In this document: piece after piece, positions 1 to 7,546 of the stretch
Numbering within the stretch: the first letter of the stretch is position 1
Layout: each line of letters opens with the position of its first letter
Source: Candidatus Nanopusillus sp.
GTDB lineage: Archaea > Nanobdellota > Nanobdellia > Nanobdellales > Nanobdellaceae
Length of the DNA: 16,381 bases
Assembly (NCBI GenBank): GCA_046533775.1
Contig: JAWDOO010000009.1
Location: forward strand, 1 to 16,381
Reading direction: 5' to 3'
Made by a program: the position numbers and the translations under genes
The notes under the pieces: model-generated
Seen by the model: the letters and a program-made list of their open reading frames with translations, nothing else
Databases searched by the model: none
What the model was told of the DNA's origin: nothing

Positions 1-1321
1 AATGAATTCCTCCAACTTCTGTCCATCCAATTTCATCTAAATATATTTCTATATCAAAATGATACATATTATAGAAAGATTTTTCATTATCTGCTAATTG
101 ATAAAATCTTATCCTTTCCTTTGGAATTTTTAATATATTTATATAAAATTCAAATACTTTATATAAGAAATATAAATAGAATTTATCTATTTTTGTTTCA
201 TTATATATTTCTTCTAAACTTTTTTCAATATATGGCAATTTCTTATCCCTATCTTTTACTAATAATACATTAATATATTTATCTTTATAGAATTCAAATT
301 CATTTTCAAATGGATTATTATAATAATCAAAGAAAATTTGCAATTCTGCCTGTGTAAATTCCCTCATTCTTATTAACGCATTTCTTGGGGATATTTCATT
401 CCTAAATGCTTTTCCAATCACATATAATCCTAAAGGTAATCTATATCTATTAATTATTATTTCAATTGGGAAATTTACATATGGACCTTGTGCAGTTTCT
501 GGTCTTAAAAACATTTCATTATTCTTTAATTCAATATAACTTTTTATTAAATTATATAATTCATTTATATTAAAATCTACTTTTATTTCTTCAGCATTAT
601 TTAATATTTCTAAATAATTTTCATTTTCTTCTTTTATTTCAATATTTTCTGGATAAACATAATATTCATCATTTTTAATCTTTATTATTATTTCTTTATT
701 TTCATCAAATATATATTTTTCATTATTTAAATTTATTGAATACATTTTTTTATTTTTCAAATAATTTTTTATTATATAATTTAGTTCTTTTTCATTTATT
801 TTTCTATATTTTTTTATTAAAAAATCGTATTTTCTTTTTAATTCTTCTAAAATTAAGAATAAATCATATACAGGTCCTACATATATTGGAAACATTAAAT
901 TGAATAATTTAACATTTGATAATCTTGATCCACATTCGGGACAAACAATCTTTTCTTCATCAAATATTTTATTCATTTCTTCAATTGTTAAACTTTCTGC
1001 TTTAATATTTAATTTTTCCTCAATTAATTTATCTGCCCTAAATCTATGTCCATTTTTACATTCAACAATTGGATCATTAAATAATTCTAAATGTCTTGAT
1101 GCAATAAACGTATTTTTATGCATTATTTCTGAAGGTTGTATTTCATATATATTATCAAATAATTTTCCAAAATATATTCTCCATAAATTTTCAAATCTTC
1201 TTTTTAATAATACACCTAAAGATCCATAATCGTAAAATCCAGATCTACTTCCATATATACTTTGAGATTCATAGAAAAATCCTCTATTAATAAAGAATTT
1301 TATTTTTTCATTTAAGTCCAT
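1..1321 (-). CDS. glyS: Glycine--tRNA ligase (class II, archaeal/eukaryotic alpha2 type); the C-terminal part runs off the window
   Basis: Absent from the supplied ORF track because there is no stop inside the window. Manual translation of the minus strand from the ATG at 1321..1319 stays open down to position 2 (440 codons). It reads [90 protein letters not shown] (motif 2) and [32 protein letters not shown], all hallmark GlyRS strings. Confidence 0.9.
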   Translation of the reverse strand, partial: [440 protein letters not shown]

Positions 1322-1355
1322 CTAAAAAATATAATCAAAAATTTTTAATATTTTT

Positions 1356-3800
1356 CTAGATTAAAAATATTATTGATGCAATTATTCCTACAAGTATTAA
1401 TATATAATTAATATTTTCTGATGCAATTAAAGAAGAATTTTTTGTAGGTCCATTTACAACTAAATTATATTGAGCATTTCCAATATTTTGTCCATTTACA
1501 TTAAAATTAAGTAATAATGAAGAAGATCCAATATATAATGGTAATATATTAAATTGTAATATATATGATTGATTTGGTTGTAATTGATTTATATTTATAT
1601 TATTTAATGATTGTATTGGAATTTGATTATATAATATTTCTGGTACATTTCCTAATTGTAACAAATTTATTGTAATATTATTTAATGTCATATTTCCTAT
1701 ATTTGTTATATTTAATGTTAAAATATATTCTGGATAATCTAAACTAAATTCTAAATTATTTCCAATTGGTCCATATGTAGTATTTATATTAATTGGCTGA
1801 ACATATGCTTTTAATTGAATTATACCATAATAAATATATGTTTGAGCCACATTTAAATTAAATATCTCTGTTACGCAATTAGATTGTCCATTTGTTAATG
1901 TAGAACATACAGTTATATTTCCATTATTTGAATATGGTAATTGTAAATTAAATGAATAATAATTTGTATTTACATTACTATTTGAATATACATTATTATT
2001 ATTATAATATACATTTATTGATTGTATATTTTGATTTGATCCATTTACTGAAATTGTTGTATTTATATTTTGATTTGTTATATTTAATATATTAATATCT
2101 ATAATTGGAACTGTTATTCCTGATGAAGGTATATTTAAGTTAACTGTATTTGAATTAACACAATTTCCATTATAACATCCTTGTGCATATACTGAGTAAC
2201 TTCCAGAATATGAAACAATACATAAAGAATTTATATTTTGAAATTGTGAATATGAATCATAACAATATGGAGAATTATTTACATATAATGTATAATTTTG
2301 AGCACAACCTGTTATATAAATATTATAAGAATTCTGAAAGTTTGAACTTTGCTGAGATGAGATAGAAATTTGCTGACCTATATTATATGTATATGTTGCT
2401 GATGCTGAAGATCCTGAAATTGAAGCTGTCACTGTTACTGAATATGAACCTGGAGGCATTGTTGGAGATGAATTTACATATAATGTTGTTGAACAGGAAG
2501 ATCCGCTAGTAGTACATGATGATGGATTAAGCGAACATGTTATACCAGAAGGTGCTGAACAAGAAAAAGTAACTGTTGTAGAAGCACTACTAGGATTATT
2601 TAAGTTAGCAGTTACTGTTGATGATGTTTGAGTACCTGGACAAACTGTAGAAGAACTTGATGGATTTAATTGAACTGATGAAACTGAAACTGCAGGTTGT
2701 ATAGAAATTGAAGGCATTACATCATTGGGTGGTAATGATCTTAATAAAACCCAATATAAGTATATATTATTACCTGAGCTTTGTTGTCCTATTGTTATTG
2801 GTAAACTAAATGAACCAGGTATTATTGTAGTACTTAATATTTGAGTATAATTTACTAAGAAATATGTATAACTACTAGAGAATCCTATTTCATATATTGT
2901 TGGAGCATAATTATATGTTGTACTTCCTACTCCATTAGTTCCAACAACTAAACCAAATTGACCCGAGTTTCCTGAATTTGGATATGTAAATGCAGCACCA
3001 TCATTATTACCAGCAGCTATAAGTCCCCCACCACAACCAATAAAGTATTCACACATTGAATTTGCTTCACCTACCCCTAATGCTATAATATCCCAACTTG
3101 TACCGCTTGTAGTTGGAATGGAAGCATAAATTTCCAATATATTATTTTGAATATTAAAGTTTACTGTAGTAGTAATACCCTCATTACCTCCACCCCAAGT
3201 AGAAGACGGAATAATTATATAATCTGTTGAAAAGGAAACACTATATTCCTCCCGATATACAGGAGTCCATGATGAAGGTAATGAACTCAAACCTCCAAAA
3301 TTTTGATAATAATTAAATACATCCTGTCCATTATCATACTGAGAAGTACTTAAAACTTGTATAGGCGCACCAACATATGGATAATATTGAGAATAATAAT
3401 TATCACTAGAAGATCCTATATACATAAATATTGTTATCTCTGAATTAGCATTAATTCCTTGAGGTAAATTAATCCACCATACATCACAATATGTATTACC
3501 ATAATTTAATTGACCTTCATACCATGAATATATATTTGGTGAACCTCCAGCAGTTGTGGAAAAATAAACATTTTGTCCGTTTGAATCTATTTCATTAAAT
3601 AATGTCGGATTATTTACATACGCAAAATTATTACCTATATTAATATCTCCATTACATATTGCTATATCCTGTTGGAATGGTTGTGGAGTTGCTTGAGATT
3701 GAGTATTTGTTATAGTAATAGCATACCATCCCTGAGAATACACAAACTTTGATATTAAAATAACTAGCAATCCAAATAACAATATTTTTAATAATTTCAT
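1356..3800 (-). CDS. Large secreted, C-terminally membrane-anchored surface protein (814 aa). The N-terminal half is DUF2341-like plus LamG/ConA-like lectin-type, followed by an S/T/C-rich Ig-like region and an N/Y/I-rich beta-rich region
   Basis: ORF track. The N-terminal signal peptide is MKLLKILLFGLLVILISKFVYS|QG. The pattern WYAITITN...VYF...YSWYEG...VWWINLPQGINANSEITIFMYIG matches the DUF2341 consensus as I remember it. The following DVFNYYQNFGG...SSW resembles the start of a LamG-like domain. There are many N-x-S/T sequons, and the protein ends in the hydrophobic helix YILILVGIIASIIFLI. Confidence 0.8.
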   Translation of the reverse strand: MKLLKILLFGLLVILISKFVYSQGWYAITITNTQSQATPQPFQQDIAICNGDINIGNNFAYVNNPTLFNEIDSNGQNVYFSTTAGGSPNIYSWYEGQLNYGNTYCDVWWINLPQGINANSEITIFMYIGSSSDNYYSQYYPYVGAPIQVLSTSQYDNGQDVFNYYQNFGGLSSLPSSWTPVYREEYSVSFSTDYIIIPSSTWGGGNEGITTTVNFNIQNNILEIYASIPTTSGTSWDIIALGVGEANSMCEYFIGCGGGLIAAGNNDGAAFTYPNSGNSGQFGLVVGTNGVGSTTYNYAPTIYEIGFSSSYTYFLVNYTQILSTTIIPGSFSLPITIGQQSSGNNIYLYWVLLRSLPPNDVMPSISIQPAVSVSSVQLNPSSSSTVCPGTQTSSTVTANLNNPSSASTTVTFSCSAPSGITCSLNPSSCTTSGSSCSTTLYVNSSPTMPPGSYSVTVTASISGSSASATYTYNIGQQISISSQQSSNFQNSYNIYITGCAQNYTLYVNNSPYCYDSYSQFQNINSLCIVSYSGSYSVYAQGCYNGNCVNSNTVNLNIPSSGITVPIIDINILNITNQNINTTISVNGSNQNIQSINVYYNNNNVYSNSNVNTNYYSFNLQLPYSNNGNITVCSTLTNGQSNCVTEIFNLNVAQTYIYYGIIQLKAYVQPININTTYGPIGNNLEFSLDYPEYILTLNITNIGNMTLNNITINLLQLGNVPEILYNQIPIQSLNNININQLQPNQSYILQFNILPLYIGSSSLLLNFNVNGQNIGNAQYNLVVNGPTKNSSLIASENINYILILVGIIASIIFLI

Positions 3801-3823
3801 ATTTTATTATCATAATTACTTAC

Positions 3824-3831
3824 TTATAAAA
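3824..3831 (-). promoter_or_regulatory. Candidate archaeal TATA box (TTTTATAA on the minus strand) for the 814-aa surface protein gene; implies a leaderless mRNA
   Basis: The minus strand reads AAATTTTATAAGTA, with exactly 23 nt between the octamer and the ATG at 3800. The octamer therefore spans -31..-24 relative to the A of the ATG, the canonical TATA position if transcription starts at or next to the ATG. An identical octamer with identical spacing precedes the 641-aa surface protein gene. Caveat: A/T octamers are frequent in this composition. Confidence 0.35.
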
Positions 3832-3884
3832 TTTATCATGAAGTAGAGCTTACATATAAACTTTATATACTAATTTTATTAAAA

Positions 3885-5213
3885 ATGGAAATTGAAATTT
3901 TTCCAATAGGTGGATATTCATATATAGGAAAAAATATGAGTGCAATAAGAATTGATGATAAAATAATTATAATAGATATTGGAATAAATGTAGATAAAGT
4001 ATCTCAATTTGGAGAAAGGGAAGATATAACTAATAAACCATTAAAAGAATTATATGATTTAGATATAATACCTGATGATTCAATTTTAGAAAATTATAAA
4101 GATAAAGTAAAGGCAATAATATTAACACATGGACATTTAGATCATATAGGAGCAGTAAATTTTATTGCACCAAAATATAATGTTCCAATATATGGATCTC
4201 CATATACAATTGAATTAATAAAACAACAAGAAAAAGAATATGGAATTGTTTTACCAAATGATTTAAAGAAAATATCTCCAAATTCTTCAATTAAAATTTC
4301 TGAAGATATTTCAATTAATTTTATTAATATTACTCATTCAATTCCTCAACCTTTAATGATTGATATTCAAACAAATAAAGGTCATATAATATTTTCAGGT
4401 GATTTTAAATTTGATAATTTCCCAATTATTGGTAAAAAACCAGATAAAGAAAAATTAAAGAAAATTGGAAAGGAAGGAGTTTTATTATTAATTTCTGAAA
4501 CAACAAGGGCGGAAGAAAATTCAAAATCACAATCGGAAATTATTGAAAAATATATGTTATATGATGTATTACATTCAATAGATACAAAGGGAATAATTAT
4601 AACAACATTTTCCTCACATATTGCAAGATTAAAATCAATAATTGAATTATCAAAAGAAATAAATAGAAAACCAATATTTATTGGAAGAAGTTTAGGAAAA
4701 TATATTAGTGCAGCAGAAAATATTAATTTATATAATTTTTCTCAAGAGGCGGAAATATATTTTGATCCAAGAGATTATAAAAAAGTTTTGGAAAGAGTAG
4801 AAAAAAATAAGGAAGAATATTTATTAATTGTTACTGGACATCAGGGTGAACCTGGCTCTATTTTAGATAGATTATCAAGGGGAGAATATAATTTTGATCT
4901 AAGTGATACAACAGTAATATTTGCAAATAATATAATTCCACATCCAATAAATGAAGCAAATAGAAAAATATTGGAAGAAAGATTGAAAAGAAAAAAAGCA
5001 GAAATAATAAAAGATATACATGTATCAGGTCATGCAAAAAGTCAGGATCATATAATGTTATTAAAAATGTTAAATCCCGAATATATAATACCAAATCATG
5101 GAGATATAAATAAAAAAGCCTCATATTATAATATTGCATCAGATTATGGATATACATTGGGAGAAGATATATTTTTCCTAGAAGATTATCAGAGAAAAGT
5201 ATTTAATATATAA
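3885..5213 (+). CDS. rnj: Ribonuclease J-like metallo-beta-lactamase/beta-CASP RNase (archaeal type, 442 aa)
   Basis: ORF track. It has the HxHxDH motif in AIILTHGHLDHIGA, an N-terminal IGGYSYIGKNMSAIRIDDKIIIIDIG, the beta-CASP region, a late HVSGHA motif and NHGD near the C-terminus. Length and motif order fit archaeal RNase J. Confidence 0.85.
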   Translation: MEIEIFPIGGYSYIGKNMSAIRIDDKIIIIDIGINVDKVSQFGEREDITNKPLKELYDLDIIPDDSILENYKDKVKAIILTHGHLDHIGAVNFIAPKYNVPIYGSPYTIELIKQQEKEYGIVLPNDLKKISPNSSIKISEDISINFINITHSIPQPLMIDIQTNKGHIIFSGDFKFDNFPIIGKKPDKEKLKKIGKEGVLLLISETTRAEENSKSQSEIIEKYMLYDVLHSIDTKGIIITTFSSHIARLKSIIELSKEINRKPIFIGRSLGKYISAAENINLYNFSQEAEIYFDPRDYKKVLERVEKNKEEYLLIVTGHQGEPGSILDRLSRGEYNFDLSDTTVIFANNIIPHPINEANRKILEERLKRKKAEIIKDIHVSGHAKSQDHIMLLKMLNPEYIIPNHGDINKKASYYNIASDYGYTLGEDIFFLEDYQRKVFNI

Positions 5214-5228
5214 AGTTAATATATTTTT

Positions 5229-5747
5229 ATGAAATCGATACATATTTACATTGAATATATTTTAATAATATTACTATCAGCATTTACATTTTATTTTGTT
5301 TTTACGTGGTGGAATAATAATAAAATATATGCAATAAATTTTTATAACCAAAATAAATTTCAATATGAATCAAAATATATAGAAAATGTATTAAATAATT
5401 TAGAAGATGATTTATATTTTAATATAAATTTTAATTTAAATGGATATGATATATATTGTATAAATAATTTAACATTAATTAAATCTAATAATTTTTGTAA
5501 GACAACATTAAATAATATAACATATCAGGGAGAATTAATATATTCATATGGAAATTATTATGTATATGATCCAAAAATGAATGGATATTATTTATTGGAA
5601 AATAATAATAATATTACATTGTATGGATGTTTTGAGGATTATTTATCATTAATAATATTGACAAATAATTGTACAGGAATATGTTATGGAAATTGCAATT
5701 TAAATATAGTTAAAAATCAAACATCAATATATTCAATAATACAATGA
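5229..5747 (+). CDS. Pilin-like / class III signal peptide candidate: a small Cys- and sequon-rich secreted protein (172 aa)
   Basis: ORF track. The N-terminus is MKS-IHIYIEYILIILLSAFTFYFVF, a short basic leader followed by a hydrophobic helix carrying a Glu (IEYIL), as in archaeal type IV pilins. It sits directly upstream of the pilus ATPase and platform genes, and its stop overlaps the next start by 4 nt. It has six Cys and several N-x-S/T sequons. Confidence 0.5.
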   Translation: MKSIHIYIEYILIILLSAFTFYFVFTWWNNNKIYAINFYNQNKFQYESKYIENVLNNLEDDLYFNINFNLNGYDIYCINNLTLIKSNNFCKTTLNNITYQGELIYSYGNYYVYDPKMNGYYLLENNNNITLYGCFEDYLSLIILTNNCTGICYGNCNLNIVKNQTSIYSIIQ

Positions 5748-5983
5748 AAACACAATTATTATTAGAACAAGTATTATTTATTTTTTTAGTTTTATTATTT
5801 ATATCAGGTTCATTAATATTTTATTATAATTATCTAAATAATTTAAATTATAAAAATTCAATAATAAAAAATCAAATATATAATTTAACATTGGAAGATG
5901 CAAAATTAAATAATCAATCAAATTTATTGTACTATCAAGGTTATTACTATCCAGTTGGTACTATAATAATTAAAAATTCATAA
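5744..5983 (+). CDS. Very small pilin-like protein (79 aa), class III signal peptide candidate
   Basis: ORF track. The N-terminus MKT|QLLLEQVLFIFLVLLFISGSLIFYY has Q at +1 and E at +5 of the putative mature end, resembling the archaeal QxSxE-type and bacterial E5 pilin motifs. It has an ATGA overlap with the upstream pilin-like gene and lies 15 nt upstream of the ATPase gene. Confidence 0.55.
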   Translation: MKTQLLLEQVLFIFLVLLFISGSLIFYYNYLNNLNYKNSIIKNQIYNLTLEDAKLNNQSNLLYYQGYYYPVGTIIIKNS

Positions 5984-5998
5984 GTAGGTTAAAATTAT

Positions 5999-7546
5999 AT
6001 GAAAAAAATTGTTGCAGAAGAAATACTGAAATATTTTGATAATGAAATAAAAAAGGAATCCTTTATACCAGAAATAAGGTCTAACACTGATAAATCAAAG
6101 ATTGATATAATTTATCCACTAATTGGAAAACTTGCATATGCACATATTTATTATGATAATATATCTGAAGAACTCGTATATGAATTACTAGAACCAGAAA
6201 TATCCGATGAAGATAAAATATTAATAGAAAAAATAAAACAATATATTTTGGATGAAATGTACAAAGATCCTGAAGAATTTTTAAATAAAAATAAAGAATA
6301 TGTATTGGCTAAGAAATTGGAAGAATTTGTAAATAGATATAAAATAAAAATAGAAAGAGATGTATTCATAAAATATTACTATTATTTATGGAGAGATATG
6401 TTAGGATATGAAAAAATTCATCCATTATTTTATGATATATTTATTGAGGATATTTCATGTGATGGATATGATATACCAATATATGTACATCATAATAAAT
6501 TTGGAATATTAAGGACAAATATAATTTTATCTAGGGATGAATTAGATAGATTTATAGTAAAATTAGCACAGAAGGCTGGAAAACATATATCATATGCGGA
6601 ACCAATTCTCGATGCAACATTAGATGATGGATCAAGAATAAATGCAACATACTCACAAGAAATTACTACAAATGGTCCAACATTTACAATAAGAAAGTTC
6701 AAAAAACAAATGTTATCATTAGTAGATTTGATAAAATCAAATATGTTAGATTCTGAAGTTGCTGCATATTTATGGACATTAGTAGAATATAGAGCTAATA
6801 TATTAATTGCAGGTTCCACATCTTCTGGAAAAACAACATTATTAAATTCAATTGCTCAATTTATACCACCAGAAGCAAAAGTAATATCTATTGAAGATAC
6901 AAGAGAATTACAATTATATCATGAAAATTGGATTCCTGCAACAACAAGAAGGGGTTTCTTTGTTGGAGATAAATATTATGGGGAAATTGACATGTATAGA
7001 TTATTATCAGAATCTTTTAGACAAAATCCAGATTATGTAATTGTAGGAGAAGTAAGGGGAGAAGAAACATATGTAATGTTCCAAGGAATGGCTTCTGGTC
7101 ATTCTGCATTATCTACTATACATACCGATAGCTGGAGGACATTAATAAGAAGATTAACCACAGCACCAATTAATTTAACTTTAGATCATGTTGCATTATT
7201 AGATGCAGTAGTATTTACAATGAGGGCAAGGAATATTTCTCCCTCCGCTAGAAGAGTAAGAGAAATTGTTGAAGTTGGAAAATATTTAAATGGAAAGATT
7301 GAAAATGAAACAGTTGTAAAATGGAATTTCGAAGATGATACATTTGAGAAAAAAGATTTAGGAAAATATACTGAAGAAACATTAAAATATAGAGTTGGAT
7401 CAAATATAAGTTTTAAAGATTCAATAGAAGAAAAAAAAGAAGTAATAGATTATTTAGTAAAGAAAAATATAAGAGAAAATAAAAAAATTGCTGAATATGT
7501 AAGGCTATATTATACTGATAAAGATTCTTTATTGAGAAAAATATGA
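5999..7546 (+). CDS. Archaeal type IV filament assembly ATPase (FlaI/ArlI / PilB / VirB11 superfamily, 515 aa)
   Basis: ORF track. It has Walker A in LIAGSTSSGKTTLLNS, an Asp box in VISIEDTRELQL, Walker B in PDYVIVGEVRGEE and a His box in GHSALSTIHT. Confidence 0.9.
   Translation: MKKIVAEEILKYFDNEIKKESFIPEIRSNTDKSKIDIIYPLIGKLAYAHIYYDNISEELVYELLEPEISDEDKILIEKIKQYILDEMYKDPEEFLNKNKEYVLAKKLEEFVNRYKIKIERDVFIKYYYYLWRDMLGYEKIHPLFYDIFIEDISCDGYDIPIYVHHNKFGILRTNIILSRDELDRFIVKLAQKAGKHISYAEPILDATLDDGSRINATYSQEITTNGPTFTIRKFKKQMLSLVDLIKSNMLDSEVAAYLWTLVEYRANILIAGSTSSGKTTLLNSIAQFIPPEAKVISIEDTRELQLYHENWIPATTRRGFFVGDKYYGEIDMYRLLSESFRQNPDYVIVGEVRGEETYVMFQGMASGHSALSTIHTDSWRTLIRRLTTAPINLTLDHVALLDAVVFTMRARNISPSARRVREIVEVGKYLNGKIENETVVKWNFEDDTFEKKDLGKYTEETLKYRVGSNISFKDSIEEKKEVIDYLVKKNIRENKKIAEYVRLYYTDKDSLLRKI

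Noticed and set aside
512-871. GlyRS insertion as an intein
   Set aside because: There is no Cys/Ser/Thr at the N-terminal junction, no His-Asn followed by Cys/Ser/Thr at the C-terminal junction, and no recognisable splicing or endonuclease blocks. It is also only about 100 residues long.
900-1229. 109-aa plus-strand ORF from the track (MNNLTFDNLD...)
   Set aside because: It lies entirely antisense to the clearly recognisable GlyRS reading frame. It has low-complexity L/I/F/S/N composition and no recognisable motif, so it is a shadow ORF.
2183-2365. 60-aa plus-strand ORF inside the 814-aa gene. The same class includes 4858..5157(-), 6151..6369(-), 6490..6819(-), 9368..9580(+), 9809..10015(+) and 12573..12836(-)
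   Set aside because: Each is nested antisense within a well-supported CDS, has repetitive hydrophobic composition and lacks any recognisable domain.
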